Origin: Clostridia bacterium
Lineage (GTDB): Bacteria > Bacillota > Clostridia > Oscillospirales > CAG-272
Direction: 5' to 3'
Assembly (NCBI GenBank): GCA_017537175.1
Contig: JAFYLH010000010.1
Span: 15,740 to 79,739 of the forward strand
DNA: 64,000 nt
Below, one piece after another: positions 25,447-34,597 of the stretch (the first letter of the stretch is position 1; each line of letters opens with the position of its first letter). The position numbers and the translations under genes are program-made. Under the pieces are notes generated by a model. That model was given only the letters and a program-made list of their open reading frames with translations. It made no database searches and had not been told where the DNA came from.

Positions 25447-26813
25447 ATCTTAACTATTCCAAGCACATCAAGCACGGAGCTGATAAGTATCAGCACTATG
25501 CATACGGGTGCAATATACTTTATCATAACGGTAAAGAGTTTTTTACGCTTGAAGGTCGCGCCCTGTGCCTCGATCTCGTTTACCATAGTCTTGGGCTTGA
25601 TGATATATCCCACAAAGATACAAGTCAAGAGGGCAACTATGGGCATAATGACAGAGTTACTTACAAAGTCAAACATCTCAAGGAAATAGAGCTTTTCGCC
25701 GTTGGATACTATCTTGATATTGCCCAGCACTCCGTAGCCCAGGGCCGAGGGCAAGCCCAGCAGAACACTTGCCGCCAGAACTATACCGCAGGCAGATTTT
25801 CTGCCAAGACCTGTCTTGTCGCGGATGATGGACACCACCGTTTCCATAAGGGAGATGGAGGAGGTGATTGCCGCAAAAAATACCATAATAAAGAATGCGG
25901 CACCGATTATATCTCCGCCGGGCATAGAGTCAAATACACGGGGCAGGGTCTCAAACATAAGACCCGCACCCTTATTGAGTGCTTCTTCATCACCGCCCGA
26001 GAAGCTGAACACCGCAGGAACTATCATAAGTCCCGCAAGAAATGCTATACCTGTGTCAAACACCTCTATCTGCTTGACAGACTTTTCGAGGTTGATCTCC
26101 TTTTTCATATATGAGCCGTAGGTTATCATAATACCCATTGCCAGCGACATTGAATAGAACAGCTGACCCATAGCCGCAAGCACCGTGGTTACCGAGAACT
26201 TGGAAAAGTCGGGCATAATATAGTACTTGACACCCTCAAGAGCTCCGGGACGGGTAACAACAAATGCCGCAATACACACGCTAAGTACAACAAGCACAGG
26301 CATCATTACCTTGGACATTTTTTCAATACCCTTGTCAACGCCCAAAAGCACCACAAGTGCAGTAAGTCCGATAAACGCACAGAACCAGATTATAGGCTCA
26401 TAGGGATGGGAAATGAAGTTACCGAAGAACTCCTCTCCTGCTGCTGCCCCGCCTTGTCCCGTAACATAAACACCGATATATTTGATGATCCATCCGCCTA
26501 TGACCGAATAGTAAGGAAGGATAAGCACGGGAACAAGAGCCCCTATCCAGCCCACAAAGGACCATTTTTTGTTAAGATATCCAAATGCCGCTATGGCACT
26601 TCTGCCTGTCCGTCTGCCAAGGGCGATCTCGGCACACATAAGTGCAAAGCCAAAGGTCAGAGCAAGGATAACATATACCAAAAGGAATATACCGCCGCCG
26701 TACTTTGCCGCAAGGTAGGGAAAACGCCATATGTTACCCAAGCCTACAGCCGAGCCTGCCGCCGCCAGTACAAAGCCTATTTTGCCTGTAAAGCTGCTTC
26801 TTTTCTGCTTCAT
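25443..26813 (-). CDS. Sodium-dependent transporter of the neurotransmitter:sodium symporter (SNF/NSS) family
   Basis: Signature GSAVGLGNIWRFPYLAAKYGGG; roughly 11-12 TM helices; 456 aa. Confidence 0.88.
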   Translation of the reverse strand: MKQKRSSFTGKIGFVLAAAGSAVGLGNIWRFPYLAAKYGGGIFLLVYVILALTFGFALMCAEIALGRRTGRSAIAAFGYLNKKWSFVGWIGALVPVLILPYYSVIGGWIIKYIGVYVTGQGGAAAGEEFFGNFISHPYEPIIWFCAFIGLTALVVLLGVDKGIEKMSKVMMPVLVVLSVCIAAFVVTRPGALEGVKYYIMPDFSKFSVTTVLAAMGQLFYSMSLAMGIMITYGSYMKKEINLEKSVKQIEVFDTGIAFLAGLMIVPAVFSFSGGDEEALNKGAGLMFETLPRVFDSMPGGDIIGAAFFIMVFFAAITSSISLMETVVSIIRDKTGLGRKSACGIVLAASVLLGLPSALGYGVLGNIKIVSNGEKLYFLEMFDFVSNSVIMPIVALLTCIFVGYIIKPKTMVNEIEAQGATFKRKKLFTVMIKYIAPVCIVLILISSVLDVLGIVKI

Positions 26814-26843
26814 TGTAAAACTCCTAAAAACAAAACTTTTGAT

Positions 26844-26872
26844 ATTATAGCACTATTGTTCCAAAAGGTCAA
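26844..26872 (-). promoter_or_regulatory. Promoter of the NSS transporter gene
   Basis: The minus strand reads TTGACC-17 nt-TATAAT, roughly 30 nt upstream of the ATG. Confidence 0.6.
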
Positions 26873-26891
26873 CTGTATATTCAAAATAAAA

Positions 26892-26919
26892 TTCCCCTGC
26901 CGAATAATCGGCAGGGGGA
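26892..26919 (-). terminator. Terminator downstream of the GH94-like gene
   Basis: CCCCTGCCG-aataat-CGGCAGGGG. On the minus strand it is followed by AATTTTATTTT. Confidence 0.7.
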
Positions 26920-27013
26920 TTAGCTTTAATTATGATTGCTGTTTTATTTTCAATCATTTGGAATGATATAACCTATCACCTTACGATCGCCTCTGTTAAT
27001 AAATTCAGCATTG

Positions 27014-29503
27014 TTATTTAATTACAAACCTCATTCCGTCCTGCAGATGCTGTTTGTCAAAAGCACAAGAGCCGTCGTCCCAGCAGATATCCTCGCCGTC
27101 AAAGTATACGCGGCGGTCCTTTTCGCCCTTGCCCTGAATTTCAAAGCAGAGCTGCTTGCCGTCTATCTTTATTTCAAGCTCCGCCTTTTCGCAGGGGAAG
27201 TACTTAGGCGGCTTGATATATAGCATCTCAAGTGTGGGCTGAATACCGAAGCCGTATTTTACAAGCTCCTTTAAAAGCACCGTGCCGCTGCCCGTGTACC
27301 AGTCACCCATGGAAACACCGTCAATAGAGTATTCCTCGCTGTAGCAGTAGGAGTTAGGCATAACAAAGGTTGTCATGGTGGGATTGTTATGGGTAATGAC
27401 CATAGTCTTTTCAAGCTGCTCCCAGGCCTCCTTTGAGCGACCCATAATAAACAGCGCCATAATACCGAAGGTGGAGGCGTGAGCATAAGCCGCATTGTTC
27501 TCGTATGTACCGGGAGTAATGGTGGAGATACGGCCTACGCGGGGGTCTATCTCGGCAAAGGCCTCGTCAAAGGTAAGAAGACCGTACTTTGAATCAAGCG
27601 AAAGAATATTTGCAATTATATCCTCCTTAAGCTCGGGGTATTTATCGGTAAGACCTGAAATTGCCGCAAAGGCGTGAGCGGTTAAGGATATACGGCTCTT
27701 ATTATCATAGTCGTTGTAGCTGCCTACATAGTATTCCTTTTTGTCGCCCCAGCCGTGGAGAACTCTCTTGACACCGTTTTCCTCGGTGATGGCGTTGTCT
27801 CTGTAGCCCTTTGCCAGCTTCTGTGCTATCTCGGTGTAGGTGAGAACGGTATCATTCATTCCCTCTCTGCCTTCAAGGATATCTATCATCTTGTTAAGTG
27901 CAGAGTAAAGCTGTGCCGTTGCCATAACGCTGACACCCGAGCCGAACTCCTTGCCCTCGTCCTTTGTGTGTCCAAGGCCGTCAAGGGCATCGTTCCAGTC
28001 ACCCCACAGGGCTCTCAGACAGAAGGTCTCGGTATCTATCTTTGAAACAAGATAGTTTGTAATATCTATCATATGCTCAAGGATACTGCTCTTTATCTCG
28101 CTTAAGGACAGCGCTCCGAAGGTGGAGTCTGTATGATAATAGGTACATTCCTCGTCAAGGATAGAGTAATCCCCGGTGAATGCAAGATAAGAATATATGG
28201 TCTCGATTATCCAGGGTCCCTGGTCGATATAGGGTCTAAGGTCAAAGTCGGGTATGGGCTTTTCGGCTGTGGGGAAGGATATCTGTCTTGGAGCTCTGCC
28301 GTCGTCAAGCATATAGTTCATAACCTTTACTATCTGAGCGCGGGATGCCTTGGGATCCCACATAAGGCTTGACTCCAGCTGCTGGAATACATCACGGATA
28401 CCAAGCATATTGCCTGCATAGTTCTTGCCAAGGGCGCAGAGGCTTACCTGACGCTTTACATATTCAAGGAAACGGTTGATAACCCCGGAGCCGATGCGCT
28501 CCTCGTCCCAGCCCTCAAAGCTGAGCTTGAGATTGTCATAGATCTTAGGCTCCTTTGCCGCCATTTCCGAAAGTGCCTGGTCTGCTCCCTTTGTATCTAT
28601 GGCAGATATGCTGAACAGCTCTGCGTTAAGCTCCTTGTCGGTAACCAGCATCTCATAGTCTACCCTTGCACTCTCTCCGTTTGCAAGATCAAAGTAGAGC
28701 ATATCCGAGGTAATGGGAAGCTCGGCGGTATTGGTGTTTGAAACACATCTTTCAAAGCAGCCCTTTTTAAGAGATTCGGCATTGGAAAGGCATCTGCCCT
28801 TGTAGCCTATAAAATCACCCTTGGAGGTGGTGTGGTATTCCCTTGTAGGTGTGCCTGTGACCTTGGTGCGTACAGACAGACAGTCCATACACATATTAAG
28901 GCTCTTGTGGATATAGCTGCCGTTGCCAAAGCGCTTGCCGTACTTGGTCATACGGTTAAAGAAGCCCTCTGCGGCAATATAGCGCAGCATTGGCTCAAAG
29001 AAGGAGGTGAGGTATATTTCCTTTTGGTCGCCCTCATTGTATGCGCCCATAGTAAAGCGCAGGTGCTTGTCGGAGTCCACATAGGCTCTTACCGCAAAGA
29101 TTATATCCTCTGCCTCGGTTATGTAATAAACGGCGGTGGGAGTAAATACGGTATAACGGTTAAAGCTGTCGCCGTATACCTGTGCCGCACCTGTTATGGA
29201 TACGGGCATATAAGAGTCCTCTCTCTTAAGACCTCCAAAGAAAGCGATAACGGTGTCCTCGTTGTAGTGAGCCTGTCTGAAAACATTGAACATACCCTCG
29301 GTTACATCAATATAGCCGTTGGTATGGGCAAAGAGCACAAGGCCGTCGGTCTGATAGGGATAACGGCTGTCACCGTATTTACGGGGATAGCAGAGCACAC
29401 TTCCGTCATCAAGAAAATATGAGTTGTCGGGAAGGGTGTTGTCCTTGGTTTTTCTAAGGTCATTTACCTTTGATACTATTTCTTTTACTTTTTCTGTAAA
29501 CAT
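27014..29503 (-). CDS. GH94-like (alpha/alpha)6-barrel glycoside phosphorylase/hydrolase homologue; specificity unknown
   Basis: ORF 27014..29509, with the start moved to ATG 29503 (GGAG RBS). The roughly 830-aa size and the motif LWGDWNDALDGLG resemble the catalytic DWND region of cellobiose/chitobiose phosphorylases. The N-terminus is divergent. Confidence 0.5.
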   Translation of the reverse strand: MFTEKVKEIVSKVNDLRKTKDNTLPDNSYFLDDGSVLCYPRKYGDSRYPYQTDGLVLFAHTNGYIDVTEGMFNVFRQAHYNEDTVIAFFGGLKREDSYMPVSITGAAQVYGDSFNRYTVFTPTAVYYITEAEDIIFAVRAYVDSDKHLRFTMGAYNEGDQKEIYLTSFFEPMLRYIAAEGFFNRMTKYGKRFGNGSYIHKSLNMCMDCLSVRTKVTGTPTREYHTTSKGDFIGYKGRCLSNAESLKKGCFERCVSNTNTAELPITSDMLYFDLANGESARVDYEMLVTDKELNAELFSISAIDTKGADQALSEMAAKEPKIYDNLKLSFEGWDEERIGSGVINRFLEYVKRQVSLCALGKNYAGNMLGIRDVFQQLESSLMWDPKASRAQIVKVMNYMLDDGRAPRQISFPTAEKPIPDFDLRPYIDQGPWIIETIYSYLAFTGDYSILDEECTYYHTDSTFGALSLSEIKSSILEHMIDITNYLVSKIDTETFCLRALWGDWNDALDGLGHTKDEGKEFGSGVSVMATAQLYSALNKMIDILEGREGMNDTVLTYTEIAQKLAKGYRDNAITEENGVKRVLHGWGDKKEYYVGSYNDYDNKSRISLTAHAFAAISGLTDKYPELKEDIIANILSLDSKYGLLTFDEAFAEIDPRVGRISTITPGTYENNAAYAHASTFGIMALFIMGRSKEAWEQLEKTMVITHNNPTMTTFVMPNSYCYSEEYSIDGVSMGDWYTGSGTVLLKELVKYGFGIQPTLEMLYIKPPKYFPCEKAELEIKIDGKQLCFEIQGKGEKDRRVYFDGEDICWDDGSCAFDKQHLQDGMRFVIK

Positions 29504-29574
29504 ACGCACTCCAAATATAAGGATAATGAAGGTTTTAAAATTAAAACCTTCATTATCTTTTTATTTAATAAATT

Positions 29575-30174
29575 TTATTCGCCTATAAATTTTGCAATGA
29601 TATCCACCGCATTGTCTATTCCGCATACGCTGGAATCAAGACAGAGGTGATAGTTAAGCGCATCTCCCCACTTGGTGTCCGAGTGATAGTTGTAATAGTT
29701 TATACGGCGCTTATCCTTTTTGCGGACATGCTCCTTTGCTTCCTTGGGATCGATATTGTCGATCTTGATGGCACGCTCAATACGGAAATCCATATCTGCG
29801 TGAACAAACACCTTGACAACATTGTCATAGTCAGAAAGGATATAGTCGGCACAGCGACCTATGATAACACAGGGACCCTGATCAGCTATCTTACGGATGA
29901 TCTCGGACTGTGTGGTATATACCGTCTCCTCAAGGCTCCAGGGTGTAGCATTGCGGTACTGATACTGCATTCCGCGAACGATGGAATAAAGAAATGAGTT
30001 GGTTGCGTTCTTTTCGGGATCCTCAAAATATTTTTCTGAAAATCCGCTTTCCTTAGCCGCCATCTCTATAAGAGCGTGATCATAAAAAGGGATACCCAAG
30101 CGCTTAGCCAGCTTATCTCCGATCTCTCTGCCTCCGCTGCCGTAATGACGGCTTATAGTAATTATCTTGTTCAT
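29575..30174 (-). CDS. Cytidylate-kinase-like family protein
   Basis: ITISRHYGSGGREIG P-loop variant typical of this family. RBS is GGGAGG. Confidence 0.75.
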   Translation of the reverse strand: MNKIITISRHYGSGGREIGDKLAKRLGIPFYDHALIEMAAKESGFSEKYFEDPEKNATNSFLYSIVRGMQYQYRNATPWSLEETVYTTQSEIIRKIADQGPCVIIGRCADYILSDYDNVVKVFVHADMDFRIERAIKIDNIDPKEAKEHVRKKDKRRINYYNYHSDTKWGDALNYHLCLDSSVCGIDNAVDIIAKFIGE

Positions 30175-30259
30175 ATGTGAACCTCCCTTTTACAGATTAT
30201 TCTCTGATGTTATTTTACCACACTATTAACAAAAAATCAATAATTTTTGGAAAGATTAT

Positions 30260-31375
30260 TCACAAAATTACAGGCTTATTTTTGAAAATTTTTGATACAG
30301 GAAGCCCTTTTGCAATCAAAAACAGCTTATCGGCTTTGCTTGAGAACTCAAACTGAGCCTCGACACCGTCGTGATCGGCAGGCTTGGTGATGACCGTAAT
30401 GCTTCCCTGCTTTTTGATCTGCTTTACCGCCTTACAGCCTGTTTGGTTTGCGGCAAGGAGAGTGGTATATGCGGGAATCTCTTCAAGTCTGTCCTTAGTC
30501 GTACCTAACAGTATGTTCAGAACACATCGTCTCAGTCTGGAATTGGTATATTTTTTCGATGCCGCCTTTTCCATAAGTGTATCATAGGTGTCTGATTCAA
30601 GGGCGGAGGATATGAGCCTTGATGCTATACCCATATCTATATCGGCATAACCGCAGAGCTCCTCCTTTGTTGCGTTGCAGAGCCTCCAAAGAACTATATC
30701 CCCTATACAGTCGTTGGATATGGGAGTATTACTTTCATACAGATCAAGCACCTCGGAGGGCACGGTGCTTTTGAAATCATCCGCCAGACCGTTTCGGTAA
30801 TACTCCCTTGCGGCGGTAGCAGATGAGGGGAAGGTGCGCTTGTAGGTTACGGGGATAATGTCCCCTGTATTTTTGAGATATTCTATTGCAAGAGTGTTGT
30901 TTGCCCCGTCGGGAATATCGCAGCCATAGAGCTCTCTGTATGCCCTGCGGGAAAGAGATATATATGAGGTGTCCTGCTCTTCCTTTACAAGAGAATCAAG
31001 GTGCTCGGTATATTCCTTGCTGCTTATGCGCTCTGCCGCAGACTTAAGCTCCTCTATGTCTCCCGACTCAGACCCAAAGCAAAGATAGTCTGCGCCTATA
31101 CCCTTGGCTATATCAACGGCACCCCGTGCAAAGTATCCTGCAGAGCCGCCGCACCAGGGATAGGGTAGCTCAAGCACCGCATCCGCTCCGCACAAAACGG
31201 CGCAGTGCGCCCTTGTGTATTTGTCAAGCACGGCAAGCTCTCCCCGCTGAACTATGTTGCCGCTCATTATTGCAACTATGGCGGTGTCCGGCAGATGCTC
31301 CCTTATATATTCGATTTGTTTCAGATGTCCGTTGTGGAACGGATTGTATTCGGTAATTACAGCACAGATCTTCAT
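30260..31375 (-). CDS. tmcAL: tRNA(Met) cytidine acetate ligase (DUF795 nucleotidyltransferase)
   Basis: N-terminus AVITEYNPFHNGHLKQIEY (HxGH nucleotidyltransferase motif); length and architecture match TmcAL/YlbM. Confidence 0.8.
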   Translation of the reverse strand: MKICAVITEYNPFHNGHLKQIEYIREHLPDTAIVAIMSGNIVQRGELAVLDKYTRAHCAVLCGADAVLELPYPWCGGSAGYFARGAVDIAKGIGADYLCFGSESGDIEELKSAAERISSKEYTEHLDSLVKEEQDTSYISLSRRAYRELYGCDIPDGANNTLAIEYLKNTGDIIPVTYKRTFPSSATAAREYYRNGLADDFKSTVPSEVLDLYESNTPISNDCIGDIVLWRLCNATKEELCGYADIDMGIASRLISSALESDTYDTLMEKAASKKYTNSRLRRCVLNILLGTTKDRLEEIPAYTTLLAANQTGCKAVKQIKKQGSITVITKPADHDGVEAQFEFSSKADKLFLIAKGLPVSKIFKNKPVIL

Positions 31376-31406
31376 TTTTTTAAATATAAATTATTCGTGA
31401 ACTCCC

Positions 31407-31435
31407 TTGAATTTACATTATATATATTGTATAAT
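31407..31435 (+). promoter_or_regulatory. Promoter of ackA
   Basis: TTGAAT-17 nt-TATAAT with TG at -15/-14 (extended -10). Confidence 0.65.
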
Positions 31436-31495
31436 GCTTATTATACTAAATAAATCAAAAAAATACAAGTAGATAAATTTTTGGAGGTTACAAAA

Positions 31496-32701
31496 ATGAA
31501 TGTTTTGGTTGTAAATGCCGGAAGCTCTTCACTTAAGTATCAGCTTTTTGATACAGAGACCGGTAATGTAATGGCTAAGGGCCTTTGCGAGCGTATCGGT
31601 ATCGAAGGCAGTAAGATCGAGCACAAGCAGGCTGACGGTACAAAGACCGTTCGCGAGGTTGCAATGGAGAACCACTCTGTTGCTACAAAGATCCTTGTTG
31701 AGACCCTTACCGACGAAAAGATCGGCTGCATCAAGGATATGAGCGAGATCCAGGCTGTTGGTCACAGAATAGTCCACGGCGGTGCTTACTTCTCCGAGTC
31801 CACCCTTATCACCGACGGTGTTGTTGAAAAGCTTGAGCAGTGTATCGACCTTGCTCCTCTCCACACCAAGGCTCACCTTATGGGTATCAAGGGCTGTATG
31901 GATGCTATGCCCGGCGTTCCTCAGGTTCTGGTATTTGACACAGCATTCCATTCCACAATGCCCGAAAAGGCATATCACTATGCTATCCCCTACGAAATGT
32001 ACGAAAAGTACGATATCCGTCGTTACGGCTTCCACGGTACCTCCCACCGTTTTGTTTCCGGTGAGATGTGTAAGATCCTCGGAAAGGTAGAGGGTACAAA
32101 GATTGTAACCTGCCACATCGGTAACGGTTCCTCTATCGCTGCTGTTAAGGACGGCAAGGTTGTTGATACCTCTATGGGCTTTACTCCCCTTGCAGGTGTT
32201 GAGATGGGTACCCGTTGCGGCGATATGGACCCCGCAGTTGTTACCTTCATTATGAACAAGGAAGGCTTTACTCCCGACGAGATGAGCGACTTTATGAACA
32301 AGAAGTGCGGCTTCCTCGGCGTATCCGGTATCTCCTCTGACAGCCGTGACATCGAGGCTGCTATCCTTGAGGGCAACCACCGTGCAGAGCTTGCTGCAAA
32401 CATCCTTGCTTACCAGATCCAGAAGTACATCGGTTCCTACACCGCTGCTATGAACGGTCTTGATGCTATCGTATTCACCGCAGGTATGGGTGAGAACAAC
32501 ACCGAGCTTCGTGAAAGAGTTTGCCGTAATATGGAATACTTCGGCATCGAGATGGACTACGAGGTAAATGCTGCTGCTCACCACCAGTCCAACATCGTTA
32601 AGCTCTCTACAGACAACTCCAAGGTTGCCGTATACCTTATCCCCACAAACGAAGAGCTGGTTATTGCAAAGGATACAGAGAATATCGTAAGCGCACTTTA
32701 A
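31496..32701 (+). CDS. ackA: Acetate kinase
   Basis: The start at ATG 31496 follows a GGAGG RBS. It has the MNVLVVNAGSSSLKYQLF motif and GFHGTSH, with an extended -10 promoter at 31407-31435. Confidence 0.92.
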   Translation: MNVLVVNAGSSSLKYQLFDTETGNVMAKGLCERIGIEGSKIEHKQADGTKTVREVAMENHSVATKILVETLTDEKIGCIKDMSEIQAVGHRIVHGGAYFSESTLITDGVVEKLEQCIDLAPLHTKAHLMGIKGCMDAMPGVPQVLVFDTAFHSTMPEKAYHYAIPYEMYEKYDIRRYGFHGTSHRFVSGEMCKILGKVEGTKIVTCHIGNGSSIAAVKDGKVVDTSMGFTPLAGVEMGTRCGDMDPAVVTFIMNKEGFTPDEMSDFMNKKCGFLGVSGISSDSRDIEAAILEGNHRAELAANILAYQIQKYIGSYTAAMNGLDAIVFTAGMGENNTELRERVCRNMEYFGIEMDYEVNAAAHHQSNIVKLSTDNSKVAVYLIPTNEELVIAKDTENIVSAL

Positions 32702-32725
32702 TTTACGCTTGGCGTAAATTAATTC

Positions 32726-32778
32726 GGAATGCGGCCTGAGGCAAAGCCTCTTGGCACTCCCTCCGGTCGGAGTGCGGA
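32726..32778 (+). repeat. 53-nt repeat element M1, copy 1
   Basis: The sequence is GGAATGCGGCCTGAGGCAAAGCCTCTTGGCACTCCCTCCGGTCGGAGTGCGGA. It contains hairpins GAGGC-aaa-GCCTC and CTCC-ggtc-GGAG. Confidence 0.85.
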
Positions 32779-32781
32779 TCC

Positions 32782-32852
32782 ATGACACCCCGTATCTTTG
32801 ATACGGTTGGTGGAATTATGCAAGGAGTTTGCGGAACGCAAACTGTCGCAAT
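32782..32852 (+). ncRNA. 71-nt conserved structured element M2, copy 1 (candidate small structured RNA or ssDNA motif; strand not established)
   Basis: The sequence is ATGACACCCCGTATCTTTGATACGGTTGGTGGAATTATGCAAGGA-GTTTGCGgaaCGCAAAC-TGTCGCAAT. It is identical to the copy at 49759-49829 except for a 2-nt bulge and 3 compensatory pairs in the second hairpin. Confidence 0.5.
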
Positions 32853-32867
32853 GCGGAATTAAATGAA

Positions 32868-32889
32868 GAAAACCGCCGAAGCGGTTTTC
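32868..32889. repeat. GAAAACCGC-cgaa-GCGGTTTTC hairpin (copy 2 of 5)
   Basis: Perfect 9-bp stem, 15 nt after M2 copy 1. Confidence 0.9.
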
Positions 32890-32896
32890 GACCTCG

Positions 32897-32931
32897 ATTT
32901 TGCATTTTGAATTTTGCATTTTACATTCTTA
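32897..32931 (+). repeat. Heptad array (ATTTTGC ATTTTGA ATTTTGC ATTTTAC ATTCTTA)
   Basis: 7-bp periodicity, 7 nt after the hairpin. Confidence 0.85.
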
Positions 32932-33002
32932 CAACAGTTTACTTCATCGGCAAAGTCTTTTGGGGCTTTGCCGATTTTACCCTAAATTTCAGGAGACCCA
33001 TT

Positions 33003-34586
33003 ATGAAAAAGATTCTTTCTATAATACTTATCATCGCAAGTATACTTTCCGTCTTTGCTGTTACTGCATCCGCAAAGACCCAGCGCGAGCAGGAGATCAC
33101 CGTAGGCAAGGCTACACCCACAGTTGATGCCGAGATCGATATGGCAGAGGGCTGGTCAGCTCCCCTCTATATCAACACAATGTCTATGAGTAACTGCTGG
33201 TCCACCGCCCCCCAGACCACCGAGGGAGTTATGTACTTTGCATACTCCGAGGAGGGTCTCTACTATGCGGCAGACATTGTAGAGGATGTGCACGCAACCT
33301 ATATTGACGGCACACCCACCGACGGTCTTAACAGCTTTGTATACTCTACAGGCTCGGACGATATCGACTACAGCTACGGCTACAACGGTGATGTTTTTGT
33401 TCTTGCCTTTGATGTAGAGCGTATGTGGTACAACGCAGGCTATACAGGTAACAGTAGCTACAGCCCCTGGTACTGTGTAGGTCTGTTTGAGGACGGTACT
33501 GCAAAAATGTACCGTCAGATCAAGCGTAACGGCCTTGACATTACCGAAAAGGTTGAGGTTGCAGCGACCGTTACCGAAAATGGCTGGAGGCTTGAGGCAT
33601 ATATCCCCTGGGATGTTGTTATCGAGGATGTAGAGACCTGTGCCACAAGAGAGCCTGTTACATATTCAAAGGAAATGCTTGCGGCAGGCGACTACACCGT
33701 TTATGCGCAGGCAGTTTACCACGACCGTTTCTACGATAAGGAAGCAGGCGAGGTTGACACCTGGAGCCGTTATGCGGCTGTTGCAGAGTGGCAGCCTGAC
33801 GGCAGACCCGGTTCTGAGTCCTCCAGCATCAATATTCCCTGCTACGGCTTTACCCTCAATATGACAAAGCACTCCCTTGAGCACAGAGTCATAACCGAGC
33901 CTTATATCTATGATGCAGGCAAGGTTGAGCTGTGGTGTACCGAGTGCGGAGAATATGTAGATAGCTACAACAAGTCTGTTGAAAACAATGTAGGCGAGTT
34001 TGACGATGTAAAGGCAAAGCAGTGGTATTCCGAGTCTATCCGTTACTGTGCACAGCATAAGTATATGGACGGCACAGGCTACCGTCTCTTTGATGCGGAC
34101 GCTACCCTTACCCGCGAAATGTTTGTAAAGATACTCTTTAATCTCTCAAACAATTCTGAGTTTGATTTTACCGAGGATATCCCCTATACCGATGTGGTTA
34201 AGGGCTCCTGGTACGAAAATGCAGTAGGCTGGGCTCACCTTACAGGTGTTACCAGCGGTTTGAGCGAGACTACCTTTGGTGTAGGCAAGTCCATTACCCG
34301 TCAGGAGCTCGTAACTATGCTCTATAACTTCTGCAAATACCGTGAATACAACCTTGACATCAGAGAGGACGCACTTCCTCAGTTCAATGATGTAAACGAG
34401 GTTGCAAGCTGGGCATACACAGCCTTATCCTGGGCCAACGACCGCGGCGTTGTCTCCGGCGACAACCTGGGCAATGTTTTGCCCCGCAAGACCGCACAGC
34501 GAAAGGAAGCTGCAGCTATAATCGAGCGTTTTGCCGAGTATGTTGTTAAGGCTGAATATGCTACCTCTGCTATGTTTCTGTATTAA
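33003..34586 (+). CDS. Secreted cell-wall-anchored protein with an N-terminal carbohydrate-binding-like domain and three C-terminal SLH domains
   Basis: The start is moved to ATG 33003 (AGGAGA RBS, signal peptide MKKILSIILIIASILSVFAVTASA). The track ORF start at 32829 runs through non-coding repeats. There are three SLH repeats (FDDVKAKQWY..., YTDVVKGSWY..., FNDVNEVASWAY...). Confidence 0.8.
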   Translation: MKKILSIILIIASILSVFAVTASAKTQREQEITVGKATPTVDAEIDMAEGWSAPLYINTMSMSNCWSTAPQTTEGVMYFAYSEEGLYYAADIVEDVHATYIDGTPTDGLNSFVYSTGSDDIDYSYGYNGDVFVLAFDVERMWYNAGYTGNSSYSPWYCVGLFEDGTAKMYRQIKRNGLDITEKVEVAATVTENGWRLEAYIPWDVVIEDVETCATREPVTYSKEMLAAGDYTVYAQAVYHDRFYDKEAGEVDTWSRYAAVAEWQPDGRPGSESSSINIPCYGFTLNMTKHSLEHRVITEPYIYDAGKVELWCTECGEYVDSYNKSVENNVGEFDDVKAKQWYSESIRYCAQHKYMDGTGYRLFDADATLTREMFVKILFNLSNNSEFDFTEDIPYTDVVKGSWYENAVGWAHLTGVTSGLSETTFGVGKSITRQELVTMLYNFCKYREYNLDIREDALPQFNDVNEVASWAYTALSWANDRGVVSGDNLGNVLPRKTAQRKEAAAIIERFAEYVVKAEYATSAMFLY

Positions 34587-34597
34587 GGAGATTTAAA

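Noticed and set aside
32719-32919. ORFs 32719..32919 (minus) and 52379..52807 (plus) share the peptide SALRPE[GE]VPRGFASGRIP, which could look like a conserved small protein
   Set aside because: The shared peptide is simply the translation of the 53-nt non-coding repeat M1. Outside it the ORFs are unrelated, lack an RBS, and run through heptad arrays and hairpins.
32829-33002. N-terminal 58-aa extension of the SLH protein as given in the ORF track
   Set aside because: The extension is translated from the repeat modules (M2 tail, GAAAACCGC hairpin, heptads). A canonical RBS plus signal peptide start at 33003.
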